From assembly GCA_964016885.1 (NCBI GenBank), contig OZ024740.1, forward strand, positions 234,918,001 through 234,982,000: DNA of 64,000 nt, given 5' to 3'. Made by a program: the position numbers and the translations under genes. The DNA comes from Eledone cirrhosa. Taxonomy: Eukaryota. This document shows, one piece after another, positions 1 through 12,465 of the stretch; the stretch's first letter is position 1; every line of letters starts with the position of its first letter. The notes below the pieces were generated by a model. It searched no databases and was not told the DNA's origin. It was given only the letters and a program-made list of their open reading frames with translations.

Positions 1-1489
1 CCACTCCCCTGCTCACAGAACTGGGAATACTCCCATTCTGCTGCCAGTTGCAGTAGAGTGCTTCGAGGAGTTCGGAGAACAAGTCTGGCATATTTACGTA
101 AAACTCGTAGGGCAGGCCATCCAAACCGGGTGACTTGCGCCTCATGCAGCCGACAAGGGCGTCCTGAATTTCGGCTGAAGTAATCGGTCTTGCGCAGCGC
201 TCAGCGTCGACCGTCGAGATGCGCGGCAAACCGTCAAGGTAGGGACTGATATCCGCTACTCTCTCTGACTCACCACTCTCCCCGAACAACCGAGCAAAGT
301 GCTGGCGAAAGGCCTCACACATCTGCTTGGAATCGCTTATCTCGTGTCCGTCTCGGTCCGCCAACGACAGAATTGTGGTTTTATTACCACGCGGGCCCAT
401 CGAAAAGCTTTGGTTCCCTCGTTTCTCAGCGCACGCGCCTTAGCTCTGACAATGCAACCTTCGTGCTTGGCATTGAAGAAATGGTCTAATGCCATTCTCG
501 CCGCTAGCACGTCAGCTGCAATGCCACTACGAATAGCCTCGTCTAACTTATCTACGAGCTCCCCCGCCTTTCTATTTTTCTCTAACGCTAGTTCTTTGCT
601 GAACCCTATCGAAGTTACTCTAATCTCTCTTTTGAGAGCCCCCCACTATCTGTTGTTGATGATCCCCCCTGTCAACTTTTGCTTAACTAAATTGTTGACT
701 CGGTCCCTGTAAGCCTTACGTGCCGGAAATGACATGTTCAGCTTCCAGTAACCCGGTCCTAACCTACGCGTTTTATCTAGGTCGACCGTACAGATCACAA
801 ATTTGTGATCTGAATAGGCGACCATTTTAAAAAGTGGGCAGCCCACACTATTTCTATCTATTTTCCTAATGAAGATCCTGTCTATATACGATCTAGATGA
901 CCCCATTCGGTTGGTCCATGTCCACATTGGCACATTGGGGAAATCTAGTCGATACTTGTCAGACAGTTGGAACTGGCTGAGTAGGTGCTTGAGGCTTTTG
1001 CAACCCCCCCCCCCGCTCCTATCAGCTACTCCCACACAATCCCAGCGTGCGTCTAAGATGCCATTACAGTCCCCCGCTAACAGTAAAGGGCGAGACGTAC
1101 CCAGAAAGGTCTCCAGGCGCCTAAAGAAGTCCGGTCGTCCGGCCCCTGTAGGGGCGTAGATGGCCAGCAGTCTAAAGGCACCACCTTCGCTACTGCTCAC
1201 ATCCAAGACCACCAACTTACCATCCGGGTCCCGGAAGATCGACCTTACCACGAGATCCAGTCCTTTCCTAAACAGCACTGCCACCCACCCCCATTCCCGG
1301 TCTGCTAACAGATGCGAAGATCTGATAGTCATCGAAAATGGGGGCTAGTGCGCGCGTGTCGGAAATTCTGGTCTCGCTGACGGCAATCACATCCATTTCC
1401 AGCGACCTGAGGTCGTTGAGCAGGCGACCCTGCTTCCAGGGTGACCCCAGGCCGCGAACATTTAAACTTCCTACTCTTAATATGGCCAT
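1..1489 (-). mobile_element. Tx1/L1-clade LINE ORF2 (APE endonuclease + linker), disrupted; runs off the window edge
   Basis: APE motifs SLNVRGL, VSETR, AIYAP, LAGDCN, SYIDRIF, SDHK and GPGYWKLN across ORFs 1268-1489 and 646-1332. Frameshift near 1290 and an in-frame stop at 646. Confidence 0.9.
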
Positions 1490-1518
1490 ATTGGTAAGCT
1501 AAGAGAGAGAGGGAAGGT

Positions 1519-1915
1519 TTACTTACCTGCCGGGGTCTTGTGAAGGTCGGGTTGTTCGACCTCCATGGTTGGTGGGGTTTCTTTTGGGAACCCCTTTAAA
1601 AGTCTTGATGTGGGTTTCACATTCGGGGTTCCCACGTCTTGAGGAAAACTCTCTCGAATTTCTTTGAAGGAATTGAGTGACATTCGGACCAGAAGCAAAT
1701 CTTCTGGCACGCAAAATGTGCTCATTTCAAAAATCTCCCCCTCTGTTTGAATGTCCTCGCTTCGTGCTAAGAGGGCCATCAGTTTATCGATGGCCCTTCT
1801 GACAAGCACGAAGTTTTTAACATTTTGTTGGTGTGGTTTTATTTGTCTTCGTTTTGGTGACTGTGGTGGTGATGGTTTTGGTGGTGTTGTTTCGGGTATG
1901 TCTGTGTTTGTTGCA
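1519..1915 (-). mobile_element. Probable 3' end of ORF1 of the same Tx1/L1 LINE, 5'-truncated by the adjoining PLE
   Basis: Open frame ends about 30 nt upstream of the ORF2 ATG on the same strand. Pro/Thr/Lys-rich, with an abrupt switch to AAC-rich sequence near 1915. Confidence 0.55.
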
Positions 1916-4900
1916 GGTAATAATAGAAACATTAACGACAGACACAGCAGCAGAGACCACAGTAGTAATAACGGTAACAATACGAGTAACAACAACAACA
2001 ACCACAGTGGTAATAATAGAAATAATATATGTAGCAACATTAATGATAGACACAACAACAACAAAAACAAGAAACATAATAAAAGTAACAACCACAATGG
2101 TAGAAATAACAGTAACAACAGCAATAACGGTGGAGAAAACAACAACAATACAGCTAACAATCACAGCAACAATACATCTAGCAATCATAACAATAATAAT
2201 AATGCTAATGATAGGAACAACAACAAACACCATAATAACAATAATAGCAACACACACAACTATGACGACAGATATAATGACAACCCCTTAGAGAAACTAT
2301 TCTTCAATCCAGCTGACAAAACATATAAGATGGGTAATATCTATCCTACGAGGTTGCCCTTTAATAAAAGGGTTTTCATACCACAACAAATAGATGACGA
2401 GACAGATGCACAGTTCAACATAGCTAGAAATAAGATTAGACAAATAGTAGACCGGTATACTAAGAGACAGAGCAGATCAGAGGTCCAACAACTTGGGAGG
2501 AAACCTGTAGAAGGCTTGGTTAGCCTCAAGCAGCGCACAAGGGATGGTGAGGTAGTATGTCTACCTACGGATAAGTCTGGTAGGATGTCAATAGACAGCA
2601 TGCCGAACTACATCAAGGCTATGCAACCCCACATCACCAACACGAGCGAAATTGCACAGCAAATACATGATGGGAGAGACAAAATCCTCAACGCTCTCAT
2701 GATGATGTGGACCGACATCCTAAAGCCAAGCAGACGCACTGCCAACAACTTCCAGGCATACCACCCTTGTATGGGCTCCGCAAAGACCACAAGACAGTCG
2801 ACGACCCGATAACAGGACCACCAACAAGACCTGTATGCGGAGCAAATATAGCTAGCAACTACAGGATCTCCTACATCCTCTCAATGGTTATACGCCCCAT
2901 AATCAAGATGTCCCCAGATGTATGTGACAGTACAGAGGACCTCCTCAGCAGAATCAGTGAGTGCAACAAAAACAGGAACCTATCCAACTGCATAATAGGC
3001 AGTATGGATGTGGTATCACTGTACCCATCCATTAACATTGATTTTGCTGTGGAAAAATGTGTGAAAATGATCATTGAGGGTGAGGTGGAGTTCTGCGACG
3101 TCGACACAGACGAACTGGGCCTCCTACTTAGACTTACCTATGACACTGACTACCTAGACAACCATGAACTTAGACCCATAAGAGTAGACCCATAAGAGGT
3201 AGAACCCCCACCATAACCTCAATGGCAAAAAAGACTCCCATGGGAAGATGGATTGGGTGGACCAAAGCTATACGGACCCCCCCCCCCAAAAAAAAAACAA
3301 TGATCAGGTAAGAAAAATGGTCGCACATCCAATAGGGGATAGTATCAAAACTACCCTAAAGGGCCACATATTCAAATTCAACGAGAAGATCTACACCCAA
3401 AATGAGGGAGCAGCTATTGGCGTCAGCATAGCTGGTGACGTTGCCAACCTTTTTATGGTATGGTGTGAAAGGAGACTCAAAGATATCCTTGATGAGAGCT
3501 CCATAGACCTCATTATGTACTCTCGTTACGTAGACGACATCGATATAGTAATAAGGACATCCCCACTAGAGAGCACTAACAAGTTTGATTTAGAACATAG
3601 CACAATGGAAAGCATCCAGCAGATAGCTAATTCCATACACCAGAGTATAACTGTAACTATCGACTACCCTTCCAAACATCCTAACAATAGACTACTTGTA
3701 TTAGACACGGAACTCTGGATTAACACTATAGACGAGAGAGCCCAAATTCTCCACTCACACTATGCTAAACCCATGGCCTCCAAATACCTGATACTCAAAA
3801 ACTCAGCAATGTCCAGTAGTGCTAAGTTTAATATTCTGATCGCAAACTTGGTACGAGTAATGAAGAACGTATCCCGCATGTGCGACCCAACAGAAATGGA
3901 AAGACACATCCAACACTTCATCAACCGCATGCAGTTCTCTGGCTACAACCAAAGAGACAGAATCAGAGTATACGAAGGAGCCACGGAGAAGTATAAGACC
4001 CTCATAAAACTGGACATGAAAGGAATTTGCCCATTATACAGGAGCAAATCATGGAATAGCTTAGATAGGACTAGACATAAGATAGGGAAAGCCACCTCAT
4101 GGTACGACAACCAGAGATACCAGAGTGTCATGTTTGTGGACGCTACCCCTGGATGGAAATTAGCTAAGCAGTGTAGAAAAGCTCTGAGAAAGACCCACTT
4201 AAAGATTAAGGTGGTAGAAAAGCCAGGAACCACCATAAAATCCCTGATCAGCAAAACCTACCCTTTTAAGAAAACCCACTGTACTAATAGGAAATGTATT
4301 ATATGTAAAGTAAACCCCCGGATAAACTGTAAAATTAGAAACGTAGTCTATAGCATAAGATGTACAGAAGGTACTTGCAGAAACATGACAACAACATACA
4401 TAGGCGAGACAGCTCGTAGCATAGGTTAAAGGATAGACCAACACTGGGGGGAACTAAAAGGACGAAAAAACGGTTCAGTACTAAACGAACATGCCAGACA
4501 ACAACAACACGACGGTAACATAGACAACATAGAAATTAGAATAATATCTAAACATAGAAATGACCCAGCAGATAGGCAAATCAGAGAGGCCAGCGAAATA
4601 GAACTTAGAAGGTCAAGGCTAAACAGAAAAAAATGAATGGAATAACAATAACACTGACCTAAGAGAAGTATAAATAAATAAATAAATAAATACATACACA
4701 AGCACAATAACAACAAACACATATAAACACACACTAGTAAGCTAAGATAGAATACAATAACCAATACACAGTCACCCAAACACGAACACACATAAAAAAA
4801 ACACTATACAAACACGCAAACGCATGCGCAGAGAAGACAAAAAAAATAAATAAATAAATAAACAGACTAAATAAAGATGGCGTAGGCATACAATACAACG

Positions 4901-5152
4901 GGAGGAAACATAATAGCACCACTGACGATGTTGCAGATGTGCAACGAAAGAATTTTCTTAGACTATATATATGTGTTTGTGTCTATATTGTATCTGTATT
5001 TTTGACCGTTGGTCAGTCAATGGTAAACACTGAGGACCGAATAAATAAAATTAACCGATATAAAAGACACAGAAGCGAAAACCAACCAAACAGTGAGTGT
5101 GTTCTATTATTAATTCTGTCAATATTATTACACAAATATGACCCTCCCCAAG
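1916..5152 (+). mobile_element. Penelope-like retroelement (RT + C-terminal GIY-YIG endonuclease), frameshifted
   Basis: PTDKSG, PPLYGLRKDHK...PTRPV, GSMDVVSLYPSI, Q.EGAAIG and RYVDDI; Cys linker CTNRKCIIC; GIY-YIG VVYSIRC...YIGETAR followed by H...EH...E. Asn-rich N-terminus; 3' non-coding region ends at (TA)n. Confidence 0.92.
4922..4960 (+). ncRNA. Possible degenerate hammerhead core in the PLE 3' region
   Basis: CTGACGA, then stem GTTGCA/TGCAAC, then GAAA. Stems I and III are not convincingly paired. Confidence 0.35.
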
Positions 5153-5213
5153 TATATATATATGTGTCACTTCACAACATTATATATATATATATATATA
5201 TATATACGGTGAA

Positions 5214-5251
<38 letters not shown>

Positions 5252-5257
5252 GGTGAA

Positions 5258-5320
<63 letters not shown>

Positions 5321-5325
5321 TATAT

Positions 5326-5598
5326 AAGTAAGTATGTTTTGAAACAGTGAGCAGGTTTGAAATTAGAAAATATATAGCTTTCACCGTGTTTTTGGCTAAA
5401 GGATTTTTAGCCTGATACCTTACATGGTAGCACAGGGTGATGTGTTGGTGTAATGGTAGCACAGTGGTCGCGATAACCAAAGATGTGGGTTCGACTCCCA
5501 TGTACGTTAATACTCATCTTTTTTCATTTATCTGAGGGTTCTAAACCCCATTACCAGGCTAAAATTCCTTTAGTCAAAAATACGGTGAAAGCTATATA
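5326..5598. mobile_element. Non-autonomous element with tRNA-like head and inverted terminal arms, inserted in (TA)n
   Basis: Arms 5371-5414 and 5555-5598 are inverted (about 3 mismatches). A related copy lies at 59795-60032. Confidence 0.75.
5439..5509 (+). ncRNA. tRNA-like cloverleaf (SINE-type head; probably not a functional tRNA)
   Basis: A-box-like TGGTGTAATGG and B-box GGTTCGACTCC. Acceptor GATGTGT/GTACGTT, D GTGT/GCAC, anticodon stem TGGT/ACCA, T GTGGG/CCCAT. Anticodon loop CGCGATA is non-canonical. Confidence 0.7.
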
Positions 5599-5621
5599 TA
5601 TATAGAGAGAGAGAGAGAGAG

Positions 5622-5790
5622 AATGTTGTGAAGTGACACACGAGTTTATATATATTAAGGAAATAAGAAACAGTATAAAATGGTAATAGAATTTTATCAT
5701 GGAAAAATAGAAAAACATTTTTAAAGGGTAGGACCGGTTTCAGACGATAAAAATTTCGACTTCCTCATACTATAAAAAATATATAACAAA
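5622..5790 (-). mobile_element. PLE-type 3' end with a degenerate minimal hammerhead (about 5725-5775)
   Basis: Minus strand reads ATGAGGA, stem AGTCGA/TCGTCT, then GAAACCGGTC with the palindromic ACCGGT stem III typical of PLE hammerheads. Abuts (GA)n/(TA)n. Confidence 0.55.
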
Positions 5791-6079
5791 GTTAAGGTGG
5801 ATATTAATTAGAAGAGAATGTTAATATATTTCTTAATGCGTGTTTTTAATGAAATTTTGCAGAGATACATTTTCGAAAGTGTAGATTACGAATGTGTTGA
5901 TGAAATCAGTTTTTTACATAATCCTAACTTGATCTAACAGCCTGATACCTCTGTAATTGCCACTCACTAGTGTGTCTCTATCTGTGTGGCTGTTGACTAT
6001 GAGGCCACAACGCCGGTTACTGAGTATGACACCTGGTTTACGATACGAGCGACTAGTATGTGTCCTGATCTACCAGAGG

Positions 6080-6277
6080 CAGATCTGCCAACCTCTTAAA
6101 ACCCAAACGGGGAGTACCATGAAAAATGTGCCCCAAAACTGGGAAAAACGAGGGAAAATGGGGAGATTTTACATAATGAAAGCTATACCCATTTTCACAA
6201 GAGAAGACATCTCTCACTCACCCACCCCACAGTGGGTGGGAAATCTCCCCGTCGGACGGAAAGAGTTGACAGGCCAG
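6080..6277 (+). mobile_element. MITE (CAGACCTGCCAAC TIR family), copy 1
   Basis: TIRs CAGATCTGCCAAC / GTTGACAGGCCAG. Homologous to 9980-10149 and 44334-44531. Confidence 0.8.
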
Positions 6278-6299
6278 CAGATTGTTTAACCATCTCAGC

Positions 6300-6710
6300 G
6301 AGAATCCCCAATGGTCCAGCTGCCTTCCTTATATTCATTTCTTTAACCACCTTATCTATCATACCGCTGTCAACTTTGATGGTTGGTCCCTCTACTGGGT
6401 TAACTTAGTGTAGACCCTCACTCACATATGCATTCAACCACCTTTCATAATAACACTTCCATGCTTCCATCTTTTCGGCGTCAGTAAGGGTAAGTATATA
6501 CTTCCCCGGCACGACGTCCTAGCTTTCTTTTGTACACTGTTTTGCAATTTGGAATACTTGACGCCTCTGATTCTCACGCTGAAAAACATTGACAAACCTC
6601 GTCCTTTCTACTCCTCATCTTTCTAACATTGATTTGCTTCGAAACATTGGGCAAATTTGAAAATCAAAAAAATATTCTTGCTGTTTGAAAAGCCGCCACA
6701 ATGCAGATGG
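6300..6710 (-). mobile_element. Degraded LINE (RTE-like) fragment
   Basis: Fragmentary ORF2 linker-like translation only. Confidence 0.35.
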
Positions 6711-7956
6711 ACTATAAATAATAATTGAATAAGTAGGGTAAATTATCATTGGAGATGGGGAAAAGTAGACATAATTGCCTGCAGAAATCGAACCACGTAT
6801 CTCTTGTGTACTGGACGACCCCGGTGCGTAACTGGTACTTTATTTTATCGACCCCATCAGGATGAAAGGAAAAGCTAACCTTGGCAGAATTTGAACTCAG
6901 AACGTAAAAGGCCATAACTACGTGCCGCAAAGTATGTTGTCCAAAACTCTACCAATACTGTAAATCCAACTGCATTAAATAACAACTTATGCAAAATTTG
7001 TTCTATTGTTTGAACCGAAAGTGAAAAATATACATTAAACAGGTTTTTGAAAACATTGTGAATATGATTTTCTCTTACAAACTTTGTATGGGTCATTGTG
7101 ATATAAGTCTTTGTTCATCACTTACTGAATCAGGACTTTCTGGAAAGAAGTCTAGACGAGAATGTAGAAGAACATCTAACTGCTTATATCATTATAAGCA
7201 CCAAGGAGATTCTCAACTCCCTCTCTATATGCAGAGGACTTATCCCTCAGAAAGTGCTCACATAATCATTAAAATGCCTGTCAAATTTTAACTCCCGTAT
7301 ATTGAGGATCTGCTCCAATTCAATATATTTTAAAACCACTCTGAATTGTGATCCTATAAAAATTCCATCTTTTAAGTCATTGTTTTTGTTGTTGTTTTCT
7401 TTTCTTTTCTTTTTAAAGTACTAAAATTTTAAAATTGACTTTGGTCATTGCGTTAACAAAAATATAATGTGATGAAAATGTATATTTTCTTGCAATCATC
7501 TAAATAGACAGTAAATATCATTCATTTCTGGGGCTTGTTGACCTTAGCTGTGAGTCACGCTTAGTATAGTGTTCCGTGGTAACGCGACTGTCCCATAAGC
7601 GTTAGAAACAACAGCGTTTCCTACATCCTGCTTGCGTGCGCATTAGCATGTTAATAACTTGGAGATCTCGACAGAGATTCTATTAATGTAAATGATATTG
7701 AAAGGCATGAAACAGTATATCGATGTTGTCATATATATCTTGGTTAGAGTGTGTGGTGGAGATGTTTTCCTGTTATGTAAGAGAACTGATCTCAAGTTTC
7801 TTTCTGTATGAAACGCTAGTTAAATGCTACATGAGCCTGAGATAGGTTTGAACAGAATTCATTGATGTTATTGCAGTAACAGAGTTAACCATTCACTGTC
7901 AAGCATGTTGCTAAATTAAAATTTCGCTTTCATTGGTGACTCACCTACAAATAAAT

Positions 7957-8123
7957 TACCGTATTTCCCGCCGTCGAAGACGCTACTTTTTTCATAAAAT
8001 AAGTCTCAAAAATCTACCATGCGCCCTGGAGGCCGAAGGTTGTTTATTATTTTTTTCAAATTTTTGGTTGTCAAAATTAGGGTACGTCCTCAAGGACGAA
8101 GCGTCTTCGGCACCGGGAAATAC
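7957..8123. mobile_element. Tc1/mariner-pogo-type MITE
   Basis: TA-CCGTATTTCCCG...GAAGACGC on the left; inverted GCGTCTTC...CGGGAAATAC on the right. Confidence 0.65.
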
Positions 8124-9979
8124 TTTCCTTCAGACTTAAGACGAGAAACTCTTTAGACAATAATAAGACTCGAACAAATCATCGAAACGCTCTTGAGTAA
8201 ATAACCCTGACTCAGAATCTGTTGGAAAATTACCACTTCCGCCAAATTCATATTCATCTTTGTGCATTTCCTCATCTATGGAAGCTCGTCCATCATTTGG
8301 TGGGAAAGTGGTGAGTATTGTTTCATCGTTTGATTGATTTATGTGCTGAATAAAGATTTGGATAATCTCATATTTGTTCTTTGTGGTACTGGAACTAGAA
8401 ATTGCAATTTTAGAAATATAAAAGTAGGAAGATTTGGGTTTGTGAGAAAAGGGTTTAATAAATTTGAAGACGATTTTGAAAGTGCCTTTAACAATTTTAA
8501 TGCATATTGAAATGAAATGTTCTGAAGGGAATTGATGTTCTAAATACAATTTTGAAACTTACCTTCATACTGTAAGGTTGTTGAAATGGGTTGAAAAGTG
8601 TTATCAATGTTTTGTGAAACATTGCTTCTATACAACAAACTGACACAATTTCTGAGGGGGGGGGGGGGGGGGGGTCCGATTAGTGATTCAATTACATAGT
8701 TGATTTGAAGTGAATTTGAGTGAATTCAATAAAAATAAATATGTTTATACAAAAGTAATGTCGAACTGAAGAGAAGAGAACCTGCTAAAAAGAATGCATA
8801 ACGACAAAACTAGCAAAGAAGAACGCAGTCCACCTTTGCTGTGATTTGCAGATAAGTTATTTGAATTTCTGGAATAAGTTTATGCAAAGAAGAAACGTGG
8901 ACAACCTAAGTATAAAATATTGAAATTCCAGATGAATTTCTCTCTCTTTGATATCAACGACCAAGGCGGATGTATTTGCTAAAAGAAACTCAACGGTCAT
9001 GTGACCATAACCAGAGCAAACCTTCTTGCTAGAGGATATCGGTCGTTGTCATTCCCGGAGAGGGGGGGGTGGACTTCGCCGGGCTGCATTTGACCAAGAT
9101 ACGATGCATAAACAACGTCTCAACGATTCTTGAAGGTCAAGGAGAAAATGAAGTGAAGTTTATGCAAGAACAAAATTAAAATTTGTCGGTCGGGATTTCG
9201 ACTCTCGTCAGTGGACAAACATCTCACAACAGAAAACCCAATTATGCTATCACTACAAAAATAGCAGTCGATTCCGTCGAGGTTAACTTTGCCTTTCATC
9301 CTTACGGGGTCGATAAAATAAAGTACCAGTAATGTACTGGGTAAATGCTAGCCTTGGGCCAAAAGTAGAAACAATTATGTATTAACTTGGAAATAGCAAA
9401 AGGCATTGATCGTCTCGTTTTGTTCAATCAATCATGTAATCCATTTAGACAGGCAAAATTGATGTAATTTGATGTTCTCTTGCTTGTTTTGATCACCTAT
9501 CAAACAACCAAAGTATATCTGATATAATTTCATTGTATCTGTTGTGTTAGTTAGTCAAGTACGACAAACAGCAGGAAGGTTTGGGTGATTTTTACATACA
9601 CGAGGCTGATTAAATGGCAATAATGTTGAGATATATTCTGAAAAACACAAAATATTCCAAATAATAAATAATTTACCTCATCTCAAGAACTATACTCTAA
9701 AATTAATAATTCTTTGCTGACCGAAGTATAGATATAAGTGTGAATTTATAATCTGAGTTGAGAAATAGTTGTCTGTAAACATTTTCTTTCTCACTGATTT
9801 TGATAAAAATGTTTATATCTTCAGAGCAACTAACCTCTATAACTGTACATAACTATAATTTTATGGCTGTACATTATATATTTTCTATCCCAAATAACTA
9901 TATTAGGTCTGTTATGTTTGCACTTAGTGGAAATTTTGATAAGTATACTTCAACAATACTTCTTGTCTTGATACGTGTG

Positions 9980-10149
9980 CAGACCTGTCAACTCTCCCCA
10001 TCCGACGGGGAGATCTCCCACCCACTTTGGGAAAATGGGTATAGCTTTCATTACGTAAAATCTCCCCATTTTGCCACATTTCTCCCCGTTTTGGGAAACA
10101 TTTTTTGCATGGTACTCCCCGTTTGGGTTTTTAGAGGTTGGCAGGTCTG
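9980..10149 (-). mobile_element. MITE (CAGACCTGCCAAC TIR family), copy 2, with a perfect 6-bp TSD CGTGTG
   Basis: TIRs CAGACCTGTCAAC / GTTGGCAGGTCTG. CGTGTG at 9974-9979 and 10150-10155. Confidence 0.85.
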
Positions 10150-10929
10150 CGTGTGCGGGCATTCAGCAACAGAAATAATTCCTTCTTATTCTCTTTGGAT
10201 GGTATTGTATACTGTTTTAGCAAAAATGTCATGCCACTCTGAAATAATATTTGAAGTAGCTGCTGATCACATGTGTAATAATTTCTAGAAAAATGGGACA
10301 TAATCGACATCTTGGGAACTTAAGAGCTTCATTGGTTCTTTTGTTCATTAGATATTTTGTAGCCATCTTGGCTAAGTGTCTTTATCATAGAATTGGGTTT
10401 ATCGAAGCTGTGTGAGTGGAATTGTATAGTCAGCTGTATTGTACCTGTAATTCAAAGGTCCAGCCTTAGCTCATACTGTGTTACGCTGATTCTGTCTGAG
10501 AATTACATGTAAAACAGTATACATGTCTGAGGAATATTCAACTAATCACACGTTAGTTCACGAGTTGGACATTTAGTTCATCGAAGGATTGAATGCTCAT
10601 CGTCGAAACCTACGGAGAATCTATCATTGATGTATATCATAGGCACAATGTCACACATTTCTATCGGAGGGTAAAGTTAATCGAATGTACGTTTTGTAAT
10701 TTTTAATTGGTTTCGACTGAATGAAAAGGTTATGCCTATAGTCATGACATGCTCGCTCAGTAACTGTACTGTAAAATAATATAACCACAGTATATATACA
10801 GAATGTAATATATATACTATATATATATATACCATATATACATATATCTATGCATATACAAAGACAGACAGACAGGCAGACAGGCGCACACGCGCACACG
10901 CACACGCGCACACACGCACACACACAAAG

Positions 10930-11708
10930 ATAAAAACCTTATCGCGACACCTAGGGGTTTCGGCTTGTATTCGACATACTTTTTCAAGTACACTCTTGAA
11001 AAGGCTTGCCGAATGTGTAGAAAGTTGCATGAACGTTTGTTGTCGGAGAAAAGAGCTGTTAGCCGCTGATGTAAGCAGGTCCACACATAAAACGCCTTCT
11101 AGGGGTCCTAATACCATTAGAACACCTGCATTTGTACGAAAGGTACAGAAAAGTATCGATAAGAACCCTAGAAAGTCAGTTAGTCCTATTGCTAAGGAAC
11201 TCAAGGTTTCAAGGTACTCTATCGGAAGAATTGTGTATGAGGATCTTCGATGCAAGTCATATGGGATTTGTTGAGATCAATTTATGTCTTGAAAGACAAA
11301 AGATAATCGATTTGCGTGAAGTACTTCTTGAGCTTGTTGAAAGACCAGAAGCCTGGAATGCTTTGGTTTTTCTCTGGTGAGAAACACTTTGTTCAGGACA
11401 AAAATGAATCAACCGAAGGAATGACAGATGGTTATGCAGAAACCTTAAAGACGTTCCAACGATCAGGCACACAAAGTTTCCGGCAGCTGTGATGGTTCTG
11501 AGAGTTGTGAGCAACGAAGGAAATGTCCTACCTCCTCACTGCTTTTCCTCAGGGCTTAGAGGTTGAAGCTTTTGACTATAAAGAGGTGTTGGAGAGGGTT
11601 GTGAGGCCTTGGATAGAGAACGTAAGTAAAGGAAGACCGTACACCTTCCAACAAGACTCTACATCGGCTTCTAAGACCACGACAACCCAAGAATGAATGA
11701 GTTACCAT
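10930..11708 (+). mobile_element. Tc1/mariner (maT/DD37D-like) transposase remnant
   Basis: HTH region IRTPAFV...KNPRKS...IAKELKVS, then NRRNDRW, TKFPAAVMVL.VVSNEG and YTFQQDS across frameshifts. Confidence 0.8.
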
Positions 11709-11709
11709 T

Positions 11710-12465
11710 TTTAATTTATACTTTTAATTACCGTGTGTCTACCCTGCCTTTCATAGGTTATAGATTCCATACACTGGTGGTGTTTCCCTGTTTTATTGAT
11801 AGCGCACTATCTCTTTCTAGTGTGTTACCCTTTCAACATATTGTATTTTAAAGAGCTCAGGATTCCTTCTCCTTTGAGCACATTATTGACAGGGAATAGC
11901 GAGAGTCTATGGCTCCGTTAATCTATCGTGATATTTCGCTCCTTATAACAGTCTTTCCTCTCTCTCTCTGTTTGGTTGAGCACACTCCTCTGAGTGGTTT
12001 TGGGCTGCCCTTTCTAGCAGCTCGTCCCTCAGACACCACTGGTTCCCTGCCCTAAACACGCTGTAACTTCTCTCTCCCCGTGTAGCTGGACAGTCGCTTT
12101 AAATTCTCTTAGAGTTGTCTGGAATGTATAGCCTTACACACGCTGATGAACCATGGGCTATTTATTTCTGTCAACAAATTATTGGCGAAACAGATCTCTT
12201 TGGATTTGTACGTGTGTGTTATATAGTTATAGAGGTGCGTATATACACTTTAATTTATATTTTTAATTATCGTGTGTCTACCCTGCCTTTCATAGGTTAT
12301 AGATTCCATACACTGGTGGTTTTTCCCTGTTTTATTGATAGCGCACTATCTCTCTCTAGCGTGTTACCTTTTCAACATATTGTATTTTAAAGAGCTCAGA
12401 ATTCCTTTTCCTTTGAGCACATTATTGACAGGGAATAGCGAGAGTCTATGGCTCCGTTAATCTAT

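Noticed and set aside
1751-2291. Asn-rich and Leu/Val-rich overlapping ORFs as host genes
   Set aside because: Low-complexity PLE N-terminal region read in several frames, plus antisense LINE sequence.
5439-5509. Functional tRNA gene
   Set aside because: Anticodon loop lacks U33 and purine 37, the acceptor stem has four G-U pairs, and it is embedded in a repeat.
7600-9200. Possible piggyBac-like (MSRDRFEQ-like) and other transposase traces
   Set aside because: Only short, frameshifted motif resemblances; not supportable without a profile search.
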